Below are positions 1-10,706 of a DNA stretch of 56,765 bases, in pieces. Every line of letters begins with the position of its first letter. Position 1 is the stretch's first letter. The DNA is taken from assembly GCA_001724245.1 (NCBI GenBank), contig MEDX01000020.1:1-56765 (forward strand), written 5' to 3'. The DNA is from Fonticula-like sp. SCN 57-25 (lineage: Eukaryota). The position numbers and the translations under genes are program-made. The notes under the pieces are model-generated. The model was given only the letters and a program-made list of their open reading frames with translations, was not told the origin of the DNA and searched no databases.

Positions 1-375
1 GCCGTACAGGTCCACGAAATTCACCGACGATGACACGGACGGATCGAGCCGCAGCGCGTCCACCTCGGCGTGCATGCCCGGACGCATGTTGCATACAACG
101 ACGGAGAGTTCAAGGCCGTGCGCGTCGCGCGTCTCGGCGAGGAGCGATCGAAGCGAGCCGGTCAGGTACCTGGCCATCGGTGAGCACTGAGATTCAGGCA
201 TCGATGCCGCGCACGTTGCATTGCTCGGCCGCGGTGCGGTCAAAAGGGATATTAAAATATGCGGCATGTCGGTGTATTCATGCGAAAGAACGGTCGCGGG
301 CGGGTGCGCCGGCCGCCGTGCGAACAGCAGTAGGCCGAGCACCGCCGCCAGGCACAGGACGAGCGACCGTGACAT
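1..375 (-). CDS. Partial type II membrane glycosyltransferase-like protein (MGAT4/GT54- or PGAP4-like N-terminus); runs off the window start
   Basis: Manual translation from ATG 375: MSRSLVLCLAAVLGLLLFARR (signal anchor)...ILISLLTAPRPSNAT^YLTGSLRSLL...VVVCNMRPGMH. There is a short GTGCGC..CCAG intron and the frame is open to base 1. Not in the ORF track. Confidence 0.5.
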   Translation of the reverse strand, partial: MSRSLVLCLAAVLGLLLFARRPAHPPATVLSHEYTDMPHILISLLTAPRPSNATCAASMPESQCSPMARYLTGSLRSLLAETRDAHGLELSVVVCNMRPGMHAEVDALRLDPSVSSSVNFVDLYG

Positions 376-419
376 CTTGACACATCAGTTTGCAGTTTGC
401 GTGTTTTTGGTCGTCGCGG

Positions 420-1576
420 ATGGCCGACTTTGCGGCCGACGCGGGCGTCGCTGTCAAGGGGGGCGATGCGGCGAATGAGACACCAGGCGTCCACGCTGGC
501 GAGCAGGTAGTGAGCCATGCGGAGGTCACTACGATCGCGCCGCTGCAATCTATGACATCGGAATCCTCCATGATGTTTGGTCAAGGCGCATCGCAGCTCG
601 CCCTCATGCCAGAGTCGCTTGCCCCGCCGTGCGAACATGCGGAGACTACTGCTGGATGCGGTCACTGACTTTTCATGTAGGCTCCCCGTTCGCAATACGC
701 GCATGTCGGTGGTGACAGAGTGGGTGTTTCGTGAGATCACTTTGGAGAAGCGGGAAGGGACCGAGTTTGGCATGGATATTACCCTCGAGACAGACGGCAT
801 GGAGGTGGCCGAGGTGCGCCGCGGTTTCATTGGATATTGTTGCTTTTTCTGTTTTTTTCATAGTGAATTAGAATGTGGTGTCTGTATTTGTGTAATTGTG
901 CTCTGGGATCTGGCAAGGCGGCTGTCGATTTCGCCCAATGTTCTCTGTTGTTGACTATGCTCACCCTCCTCGGTGTAGGTCATTCCGGGCGGCCTGGTGG
1001 CGCTGGAAGGAACCATTCGGCCCGGCGATCGGCTTTTGTGCATCAACAACACGCCACTTCTCCACATGACCCAGGAAAAGGCCGCGTCAATCTTGCGCGA
1101 TGCCGTTGGTCCCGTCAAGCTCACCGCTGCGTGCCGCCTATGCGGCGACGACACATTCCAGGGCAAGGAGCCCACCGTCGCCACCGAGTTCCTTATCGAC
1201 AACGTGGAGATGACGCCGGTGCCCGGCGAAGGGTTTGGCATGGACATTGAGACGGACGAGACCTCGACGACAGTCACGAGTATTCTCCCGTGCGCCCAGT
1301 TAATCCCCTCTGTGCTGCTGTTTTCTAACGACATGCGTCGCTTTGCATTTTTGGCTTTGTAGAGGCGGTGCTGCCGACAGGTGCGGCCAGCTTCGTGTGG
1401 GCGACATCGTGCTTTCGATCAACGGCACGCCGCTCGTCGCCAAGCAGCCTCAGGACGTCATCAAAATGTTTCAGGAGGCGAGTGGGAAAACCAAGTTTGT
1501 CGTCGCGGGGCCAAACACCGGGCACCCGCGGCACAAGACGGTGGAGACGCACAGCAGCGGCTGCACGATCTTTTAG
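420..1576 (+). CDS. Tandem PDZ-domain protein with C-terminal CaaX box (about 4 exons)
   Basis: Spliced product has PDZ1 (LEKREGTEFGMDI...VIPGGLVALEGTIRPGDRLLCINNTPL) and PDZ2 (PGEGFGMDI...GGAADRCGQLRVGDIVLSINGTPL), and ends SSGCTIF*. Confidence 0.85.
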
Positions 1577-1801
1577 CCCACTATACATTGTGAGTCGAAT
1601 TTCGTGCTGACCTATTTTATTCTGTGTATGGTGGAGCCGAAAGGCATAATGTTATCCTGCTGCGTGTACCACAAGCAATACAGTGTACCGTAGGAGACCA
1701 TAACCTATAAAAGCTCTTCTTGTCAGTCTAGTTTCCTAGAGGACCATCCATTTGAATCACGGCCACGTGTCGGTCAGCAAAGTGGTTGAGGGCCGGGCAG
1801 C

Positions 1802-2356
1802 ATGGAGATGCTGTTGACGCGAGCGAGGCGGGATCCGATCGGCGTCGGTAGGTGTAGGGAAGTAGTAGAGCGAGTTTTGAGCGGGTCGCCGTATGGATCC
1901 ATGCTTGCCCGGACAAACGGCCTTTCTGCCGATTGCGTCCGCTGCGACCAGACGCGGATCCCTGGGAGGGCCGTCTACGACATTACCAACAACAAGATCA
2001 CGGTCTGCGCCGACCGACTTGCCGAAAACAAGGAAGTGGAGGAGGCACTGCGCCACGAGATCGTTCACGCTCACGACGTACGAGAATAGTTACTTTTGTT
2101 GAAAGCGGTCTAAGTTGAGCTGTAGAATGCGATGCACCGCCTGACGGACTCGTGCTCGTCGAAAGCGTGCAGCGAGATCCGTGCGTGCGCGGCCGTAGAC
2201 TGCCGCAAGGCCAAATATTTCAAAGAGTGTGTGAAGGACTGTGCGGTACGCGCGTTGACTCCCAACGCTTCCTTTCAAGCGACTGCGCGTTCCCACGTCG
2301 ACGCATTGTTCGACGTGTGCAGCGACTCTGTTTTAATGGAGAGCGAGCACTACTAA
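1802..2356 (+). CDS. ATP23: Mitochondrial inner membrane protease ATP23-like (peptidase M76), 2 exons
   Basis: ITVCADRL...EEALRHEIVHAHD (HExxH); exon 2 has ACSEIRA and ECVKDCAVRAL, typical of Atp23. Confidence 0.8.
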
Positions 2357-2465
2357 AGACTATGCGTGTATTGTTGCTGTATTAGGCGTAAAACTGCATC
2401 CAGTTATTCGCCGCATTATTTTCAAAATGTTGTACAATACATGACTGTTCATATCAGCCCTGCTT

Positions 2466-3993
2466 CTACTCGACACTCAGCGGGTTGTATTTTCCGTTGC
2501 GAATGAGCTCCTTTGTGATGGCGTTCACGCGCGCCGCGACCACCTCTGCGACAATCTTTGGGTTGTACTCTTCCACCATGAGCTTGCGCGCGCGCTCCCC
2601 CTTTTCTGTACACATTCATGTGAGTGGCCAGTGACTAAATGGCAGTAGCACGCACGCCTCGCCTCGTCCCTGTTTTCGTACACGCGCCGCATCAGCTTGC
2701 GGAGCTCTCCGACGGACGGGTTTGCCCACATGTGCCCCCGGAAGGCGCCCTTTGCCGGGTCAGCATGGCGCAAAATGCAGGCGAGCACGCACCGACGTGA
2801 TCTCCTCGAGGCCGTCGATGGGTAACGGGTACGACGCGTCCGGGCGGAGGAACTCTGTGCTGCCGCTCCAGTTCGTGGCGATGACCGGGAGCCCCATGGC
2901 CATCGCCTCGACGTGCGGGCGGCCCCACCCCTCGCCGCGGCTGGGCAGCACGAACGCGTCGGCCGAGCGGTAGAGCGACGCCATGTCACGCTGCTCGACG
3001 TGGCCGCTCTTCACGATGAGCCGCGCGAGGTGGGCGTCGCTGATCCCCGCCGACTGCAGGAGCTCTGAGATCTCCTCGTCGAGCGTGCGCGTGGCGTGGT
3101 ACGGCGCCGTCTTGAGCACGAGCACGACCGGCTCGTCGGCCGAAAACTCGGCAAAGTACGCCTGTGACGGGATTAGGGAAGGCGGGCGGGCTTCAAGCGC
3201 GTACCTTGAGCAGCACGTCCCATCCCTTTCGCCTCTCCCACTTGAACACGCTGAGAAACACAAAGTCGCCCTCGCGGGCACCCTCGACCGGCACGCGCGG
3301 CACCGAAGCGGGGTCGAAAAAGTCAACGTCAACCGACTCGGGTACAACGTGGAGCTTGCTCGGGTCGACGCCGCTCTGCGAAAATGTCTTTACGTGGAAC
3401 GCCGACGGGACCCAGATCTCGTCCATAGCATTGCAACGCGCCACATGCCCGGGCGTGAGCCTGCCAACGCCCAGCAAACTCGTTAGCAGGGCGCGAACAC
3501 TTGCTGTCATCGCACCTGTCAGTCTCAAACATGGTGCGACCTACGCGATAGAGCGTGTCGGGCGAAGGGGGGCACAGCGGAGTCGAGTACATTGGCGGGC
3601 TCCACGCGCCAGGCTCAGAGTGACACACAACAATGCTGCTGGACGGGCGTGCCAGCGTCCCTTGCATGCGCTGCAGCGCAGACTGGACAGGCTGGGGGAG
3701 GCCGCGCTTGAAGGATGCAGAATACGAATCGCCTAAGCAAGGGTTAACAAGCGGCACAATGCAAAAAGACCCTTACCGTGCTGAGAAATGCGCACGGGCA
3801 TCATCGTTTCTAGCGGAAGCGCAAACGAGATGGCCTCGCTGCAGTAGCCGCCGCTCGAGTAAAACGGCGCCATCCACCAGAGCGTGGGCTGCTTGCCAGA
3901 GCTCATCATGGTCTTTTCGCATAGCACCCCGATCAATAGAACAATTATCCAGCTTGCAGCATATTGCGCCACAAGCCCCCGTAAACCAGCCAT
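2466..3993 (-). CDS. GT4 (Glycos_transf_1) glycosyltransferase with N-terminal membrane anchor, multi-exon
   Basis: WMAPFYSSGGYCSEA, VGRTMFETDR, DEIWVPSAFH, FLSVFKWERRKGWDVLL, DAFVLPSRGEGWGRPHVEAMAMGLPVIATNWSG (EX7E). Confidence 0.9.
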
Positions 3994-4091
3994 TAGGCCT
4001 TCCAAGCTAGCGCTAGTCTCGCTTCCGACAGCAAATTTGACACCTCGATCACCGCAGGGGCTTCGCACGTATGCTGACACACGATTTCGAT

Positions 4092-4165
4092 GGTGGTTCA
4101 TCCTGGGTTCATCCGGGGTTCATCGCTGGTTCATCGTGGCTCCCGGTTCATTCCGGTTCATTGTG
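4092..4165 (+). repeat. Short degenerate tandem repeat (GGTTCATY core, about 6 copies)
   Basis: ggttcatcctg ggttcatccgg ggttcatcgct ggttcatcg...ggttcattcc ggttcattg, upstream of the GT4 gene. Confidence 0.6.
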
Positions 4166-4462
4166 GCTGTGGCTATAAAGCACGTTCCTCTCTCTGTGGT
4201 GGTGGGAAAGACTATAGACTGCACGCAAACTGCTTATCTTTAATAACACATATGATGATGCATACAGCAAAGGTACAAACAAATCCAACGCAACACAAAA
4301 GAATAACGAGGGGAAACGCCTAAACCAACCAAACAATATATGTGCCTCCATTGTAACCAATAGAATGCACCTCAACTATGTACGTCACAACGAACAAGCA
4401 AACGAATAGCACAAGACGACGCTCGACTTTAACCAGCTCTCACTCCTACATCAATCAACGTC

Positions 4463-6121
4463 CTATGCCGTTGACGTCAACTTGGACGCCTCGCACAGGG
4501 TCTGGCGCAGCAAGCGGCTCCCGATGGGCGACTCAAAGCATGGCGTAATCTCGGCGCTAACGCCGCTCCTTCTCCGGAACCCATCAGGCTGAGCCGACGC
4601 CGCATTCGAGGCAGGCTTGGGCAGGCGCAGGTGCACCGTCAACGTCATGCGGTTACTCGTGCCGGCCACAACCGAGCCCGAGTGCCGCTCAGCGGCGACG
4701 GGCGTCTCCTCCGGCTCGTCGAGCAACGACGTGAGGCCGTGAGCGTAGTGGTCGCGCATTGAAGACATTACATCGTCGTCCTCGTCGTGCTCGGAATACG
4801 GCTCGAGGGGCGCCAGCCCGCGGGACCCTCCGTCCCCAAAGAGCGCTCTGCGACGGCGCTGCATGCCAGCCGAATACTAGTGGAAACAAGGCGTCAGTCA
4901 GCAAGCGTACGTCTTCTTCATGTCACGTACATCACGGTGTATGCGGGACGGCGACTGGAGCGGGGACGACGTGGGCGGGCTCGCGAGGAACCAGTGGTCC
5001 GTAAAGAGATCACGGTCCTTTGATGGTGTAGACTTGGTGCGCGAGGGCGGCGAGCTAAACCCAAAGTCGACCACCTGCTCCGCGTAGCGGCCCGACAGCT
5101 CTTTCGTTGGGCTCTGCACACACGACGAATCTGCGCGCGGGGGTCAGAAAATGCAAGGCAGATCGCATCAGGCGTACCGAGCAGCAGCACTTCTTGCGAG
5201 CTTGGTGTGCGGAAAACGGTGTCGGACATGTCGCCCACGGAGCGACTCAGGGAAGGCGTGCCAAAGAGCTTGCTTGGTGTGGCAAACGGTGGTACCTGCT
5301 GGGAGAGCGACAGAAAGCGGCGGTTCTCCATGGAATCACCCCTCGTTAATTCGGCATCAGGAGTTACATCCCTGCCAGCTAGCTCCTCGACCTCCTCCTC
5401 CTCCTCGTCTTCCTCTTCTTCGTCCTCCTCCTCTTCCTCGTCGTTTTCGTCAGCATCGTGACGGCCGCCCCGCTGGGCCTTCACCGGTCCGTCCTGCGCC
5501 TGGTGTGAGATGGACAGATAGGTCACCAAGAGTGCGCACCGATGAGCGCGCCCTGCGCTTCGTGCCGCGCGGCGGCGGCTCTGCCACCTCGATGAGGCGG
5601 CCGTCCGAGTCGAGACGGCGGCGCAAAGTAGAGTTCCAGTGGTTCTTGATGGCATTGTCGGTACTGCGGCGATCGTCAGAGTGCGAAACGCGAATCACGG
5701 GCACGCACCGTCCGGGAAGATATTTGGCAATCTCTGCCCACTTGTTTCCAATTTTACCATGCCACATCAGAATGGTCCGCTCCTCCTCGGCCGACCAAGC
5801 CTCCTTCACGACGAACGGGTTCAAGTGATTGTGCCACCTGTTGGAGATGAGCATCAAGAAAGGCGGCAACATTGGCGCGTACCGCTCGCGGCACTGCTTT
5901 CCAATTCGTGCACCAAGCTCCGAAGCAATAATTGACCAGCGCTTCGGTCCATACTGGTGCACCAGCTGCCGCAGCCTCTCGTCCTCCTATGACACGCGTG
6001 CAGAGTTTAGAAGATGGGACGTTGCGCGAGACACTCGTACCTCCTTGGTCCACGGACCCTTGACAATGCGAGCGTCAACACCACGTCTCATTTGCCGTTC
6101 ACTTTTAATTGATGTTAGCAT
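4463..6121 (-). CDS. MYB: c-Myb/B-Myb-like transcription factor (R2R3 repeats visible), multi-exon
   Basis: [62 protein letters not shown]...[29 protein letters not shown]-terminal region rich in TP/SP sites. Confidence 0.93.
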
Positions 6122-6177
6122 AAGGTGTCGGGCATCGGCACCGCGCACCCCGAAATGGCAGCAGCCATCACTCACTC

Positions 6178-6588
6178 GGCGGGAAATCAAACCTACGACC
6201 CTGGTGCGGACTCCAGCGCCAGAAACCAGGTGTTTGCTTAACGTCGCAATTGATGCCACTCTCGCCACACGCACACGATCGCACACACACCAACACGCGC
6301 GCGTCGCCGGGCCGAGTCGGAAAAGCGTGGTGAGTGGTGAACACGGGGGAAAAGTGTGCAAAGAGACAAATTTTCAAAGGGAACAAAAAAAAGGCGCGAA
6401 GAATTTTGGCGCGCGTCTTGATCATTGTCAGCCTCGTGCGACTTTTTTGATGACCATGAAAAATCGTCGCTCCAAAAATACCGTAATCGTGGTAATCGAT
6501 CGTAAGCATGGCGAGCCAACCACAACCCAACCGTTACCCCCGAAATTTTCCGTGTTTGTCGTCGTCGTCTAACAAAGAGAGCCAATCA
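6178..6588. promoter_or_regulatory. Bidirectional Myb/HMG promoter with E2F-like, CHR-like, Myb-like and CCAAT sites
   Basis: GGCGGGAAA 6178-6186, TTCAAA 6373-6378 (TTTGAA on minus), GGCGCGAA 6393-6400, TTTGGCGC 6405-6412, AACCGTTA 6529-6536 (TAACGG on minus), CCAATCA 6582-6588. Confidence 0.5.
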
Positions 6589-6683
6589 GGGCTTCGCAAT
6601 AGCAATCGGTTAGACGGGGGGGACTGGTTAAAAAAAAGTGGAGAGTGGCAGGGCGCAGGGCGCTTCGCGTTTGTGACCCAAAC

Positions 6684-7694
6684 ATGGGGAAAGCGCCGAG
6701 GAAGCGAAATAAGCAGCAGCCGCAACAGCAGAATCCGGAGCAGCAAGCGCCTGTATGGTTTGTTCAAATTCCAGTGTTTGTGCCATTCGAGACGGATGCT
6801 GATGGTACGAGCGCCGAGCTGCGCCTGGGATTTGCTTGTCGCGCTAACGCGCCATCGTACATCAAAGCAACGACAGCTCCTTACACGGAGCAATGGACGT
6901 CGGGGTATGCTCCACGCGAGGAGACATCATCCAGCAGCGGGGATGCAGGTTCATCAATGGATGGCACCCTTGAAGCACATTTTGCAAACTCGTCGGATGA
7001 TCGAGCTGCCCGACATGTCGCACATCTCGCGCACCATCACGAAACGCGTAGAGCGCCTGAAGGCGCGTTTGCGAGTGACAATGATGGTTATTATAGACCA
7101 GAAAGCGCCTCGTTCGCGCTGGACGACATTGTCACTCGCCACGCTGTCAACAATGACGAGGAACCTGGGCTCCCGCCGTCAAACGTAGAGACGGGGGCAT
7201 CCGGGGCGCGGTTGGCCCCGCAACCCACTAGAATCCGGCGCCCAATGAACTCCTTCTTTCTCTTTCGCCGCGAGCAACACGAGCGGCTACAGCGGGCATC
7301 GCCGGGGCTGTCGACAACAGACATTTCCAAGCTCGTCGCCAGGCTTTGGAAAGAACTACCGCCGGAGAGCAGGCGGGTGTATCGGGAACGCGCGCACCAA
7401 ACTATGAGAATGGTTATTGAGAATAACCCGGGATGGCGCTACTCGTCATCGCAAGGGCGCGCGTCCCGCGCGAGCCAATCAGCTGCCGCAGTGCCCGAGG
7501 CAACCCATCAGGCCCCTGCTGCTGTGCCCGAATCGCCGTCGGCCTATTCGCATGGTAGCCTTCAAGATGTTGCCCTATATGACGATTCGCTTTCAGACCA
7601 AGGCGCCTTGTCTGACAACGGCACGGAACCTATGCTTCCGGATGACGCGTCCGTGCACCAATATTACGAGAATATGCTTCTTTGGCCGTCCTGA
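6684..7694 (+). CDS. Sequence-specific HMG-box transcription factor (SOX/TCF/MATA_HMG class), intronless
   Basis: RIRRPMNSFFLFRREQHERLQRASPGLSTTDISKLVARLWKELPPESRRVYRERAH...NPGWRY. Confidence 0.9.
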   Translation: MGKAPRKRNKQQPQQQNPEQQAPVWFVQIPVFVPFETDADGTSAELRLGFACRANAPSYIKATTAPYTEQWTSGYAPREETSSSSGDAGSSMDGTLEAHFANSSDDRAARHVAHLAHHHETRRAPEGAFASDNDGYYRPESASFALDDIVTRHAVNNDEEPGLPPSNVETGASGARLAPQPTRIRRPMNSFFLFRREQHERLQRASPGLSTTDISKLVARLWKELPPESRRVYRERAHQTMRMVIENNPGWRYSSSQGRASRASQSAAAVPEATHQAPAAVPESPSAYSHGSLQDVALYDDSLSDQGALSDNGTEPMLPDDASVHQYYENMLLWPS

Positions 7695-8224
7695 GATTTC
7701 TCTCGATGCCCGCTTGAGTTGAATATCCCTTTTGTCGAGCGAAATCCGCTCAAACACAGTACTTTTTAGCTTGCAATATTTTTGCTGTTTTGTTTGTCGT
7801 TAGTGTTTAGGCCTGAGCAGATAGGCGTCTGGCTGGGCTCCTGATCAGCGGCCAAACATGCGTTTGTTGTGCATTTTAGTGTGTAGTAGGTAATTTGAGG
7901 GTGCATGCGTGAATACCGTTGGAAATTACGGGTTTGGAAGTAATAAAATCACAGTTATTTGAGCAGCATATCTTTATTTAAAATGTATCATTGTATGCTA
8001 AAATCGCAAAAATACTGAACGCTACGTGCAAACACGGTATAGTTTAAGGATCCTTGGTGTACTCGAACTCGTCTAGCGAGACCCGATAATAGATATCTTC
8101 CTGTCAATGACCCAAAAACGGTTTACGATCGTCTACCCGAACGAATACTCATAAAATGGACACTAAAAAACACTAAACATTGTCAAACATGAATAATTCC
8201 ACGCAAACTGAACGACATCCTGCG

Positions 8225-9433
8225 TTAAAATGAATTGCGGTGCATGGTGAGGCGGTTCATTCCGGTACCCCCCATGCCGTTGGACATGGGGTTGGAAGAT
8301 GCGAGAGGCCTCGAGCCCGCGCCGGCATTGGTGGCGGCGGCGGCGGCAGCAGCAGCGGCGGCGGCGGCAGCACTCGCTGTTGACTTGCGCCTCAGCAGCT
8401 TGGCGGTACATACGTCGAGCGGCTCGTTCGGGTCATAGGGAATACCGCGCATGCCGGCGAGCTCGCGATGCAGCCTGCGAATCGTCTTGACGAGCTCGAG
8501 GTTCTTCTGGATGAGCGCGTGCGACGCGTTCTCGAGCTCCTGTAGATACTCCTTCTTCTTCTCCCGACTACGCCTCGCCGCCACGCGGTTGCGCTCCTGG
8601 CGCCGGTGCAGCAGCTCCTCAGCCTCGTCGTCGGTATTCGACATCATCTGCGAGCGGCGGACACCATTCAACATGCGCATGCCCGACGTCGGCGAATCCT
8701 CGCGGCTAAACGCGCCCGGATCGTTGAGGTTCATAATGGAGAGGCCCTCGGGGCTGGCCGTGCCCTGCTCGCTGTGGTTCAGGTTGTTGCCCGCCAGCAG
8801 GTCGAGAAGCATCGCATTGCTCGGCGCCCTGGTTCCCGTCGAGCTGCTCGCGCCTGCGCTGGACTGCTCGCTCTCGTCCGTGTCCATCGAACTGTCGTCG
8901 TCGCTCGATGCCGAATAGCCGCTCTCCACCTTGATAGTCGGCGCCGCTGCCCGCGCAAAAGGCGCAGGCGCGCGGTTGGTGCGGGCAATATAAATCGCGG
9001 GCCTCTCGCTGCCCGCGTTGTATTCGCTCGTCTTGACTGCGTTCACCGCGCCAGCCGCGCTAAACTCGGGCTGAACAGCAGCAGCGGCAGCAGTCGGTGC
9101 CGGAGACGCAGCAAAACGCGGAGGGCGGGCACTGGATCCGTCCTGCGCTTCGTCCATCGCGCGCAGCTGCTGCTCAAAGACGTGCTGCAGATGCTGAGCG
9201 GTAGTCTGCTGAGCGGCGATGGCACTTGCGGACGGCGGCGGCCCCGCGTTGCCGAAAGCAAAGGGCGCAGTGTTCACGGCCGATCCAAAGAGCCCGCCCA
9301 TGCCGACCGACTCGTTAAGCAGCCCGCTGGCAGCGCTGAACCCAGCAAAAAAGTCGGCACCAAAGTCATCGTGGTGAGAGGCGGCCCCACCGATGCCGTA
9401 GTTGGTGGCCACGTCGTGCTGCAGGATATCCAT
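8225..9433 (-). CDS. bZIP transcription factor, intronless
   Basis: Basic region RRQERNRVAARRSREKKKEY followed by leucine heptads LQELEN...LIQKNLELVKTIRRLHREL; first ATG at 9433. Confidence 0.9.
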   Translation of the reverse strand: MDILQHDVATNYGIGGAASHHDDFGADFFAGFSAASGLLNESVGMGGLFGSAVNTAPFAFGNAGPPPSASAIAAQQTTAQHLQHVFEQQLRAMDEAQDGSSARPPRFAASPAPTAAAAAVQPEFSAAGAVNAVKTSEYNAGSERPAIYIARTNRAPAPFARAAAPTIKVESGYSASSDDDSSMDTDESEQSSAGASSSTGTRAPSNAMLLDLLAGNNLNHSEQGTASPEGLSIMNLNDPGAFSREDSPTSGMRMLNGVRRSQMMSNTDDEAEELLHRRQERNRVAARRSREKKKEYLQELENASHALIQKNLELVKTIRRLHRELAGMRGIPYDPNEPLDVCTAKLLRRKSTASAAAAAAAAAAAAATNAGAGSRPLASSNPMSNGMGGTGMNRLTMHRNSF

Positions 9434-10706
9434 TACGACACGCGAACGACGATGTAACCACACGGAGCCGTCGACGCCGTCAGATCGCGGGGGCAAAACC
9501 TCACGTCGGGAGAGAGGCAAGGGCGCACAAAGCAACGAGCTGAAAAACAGCGACAGCCCTCTGCTCCCTTTTGTGCTGTGCGTCAGCCTCCTCAAGGGAC
9601 AGCGTGAAAATTTCGGCTAATTCCAGACATTCCAAAGAAGGAGTTGACCTCGAATATACCCTTCCTGCCGCCGGGCGCAACAAACTAGAACTGCCAATGG
9701 CAACTGGAGTTGCGCCACGCCCCCTTCGCTTCCTTCCGACCGTATTAACTAAAACATAGGTTCCTGAAAGGGAACCCCCTGGCTCCGTCGCCTCGGAAAA
9801 ACAGCCGGGTTAACACACGTCGCATAATTGAGTGCCGGCCGCCATGAAAGGGGCCGATTGTCGAGTCGCCGGCGACATCACGTGCCGGGTGAAAGCGGCG
9901 ATGCCGAGTTAACACGCAACCGAACCGCAACTGACCGCATTCGAACACTGGCCAATCTGTACACTGTACTTTTAATGGGAACGAAAGGCAGTGGTACCGA
10001 GAACGCTGCTTGGCCACAGCATAGAAGCGTGCGCCGAAAACAGGTACAGTTCAACTTTGGCCCTTGCGGGTTTATTAATAACAGAAATGAGGCGCGGTAC
10101 TTGCGCACAGGAAAGCCCATATGAATACCATGCGCTAGATACTATGGGAATCAAATGCACACACAAATGCGGTGGTGCTCTGCAGCTCTAGAGCCAGTCC
10201 TCGTATAGCAATGCAATACTTTAACTTATACGCCACCATCCTTGCATTGTAAGATTGGAAAGCCGACCTGCGGCACTCGAAACGTGTGCTGATAATCTGT
10301 ACGTGCGTGCTCGGCAGCCACGCGGGGACGCGTGTGTGACGATTCAGCGCATATTGAATTTTACATAACAGTCAACTATAGTCTCATAAGAGTCGCACGT
10401 CAAGTTGGTATGGCCATTCCCGTATCCAGCACGAATGCACCAATGCATGGCTATACCAGTGACACTGCGGGTCGACCTTCAGTGTCCCCATTGACGCGTA
10501 ACCCTCCCATGTACCCTCCCGCCGCCTCTCTTCCCTGCCCGCTGCCGGCCTAGAGCCGGCGCGGCTCTCCCCGCACTGAATGCGCGGCCGCCCGCCCCAT
10601 CTCACGTGATGTGATGATACGCGCGACGTGATTGGCCGCGGCGCCAAAGAGCCTTTGCTTTTCTCAAGTGACCTCCACTGTGTTTGTGTCCACTTGCTCA
10701 GCAGCC

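Noticed and set aside
6684-7694. HMG-box gene as a mating-type (sex) locus
   Set aside because: The HMG class is compatible, but the flanking markers of known HMG sex loci (triose-phosphate transporter/RNA helicase, or SLA2/APN2) are absent and idiomorphy cannot be seen in one haplotype.
10602-10636. TCACGTGA and GACGTG-ATTGG elements upstream of catalase as evidence that the neighbouring bZIP regulates it
   Set aside because: Short ACGT-core and CCAAT motifs are common and could bind bHLH or other factors; not assignable from sequence alone.
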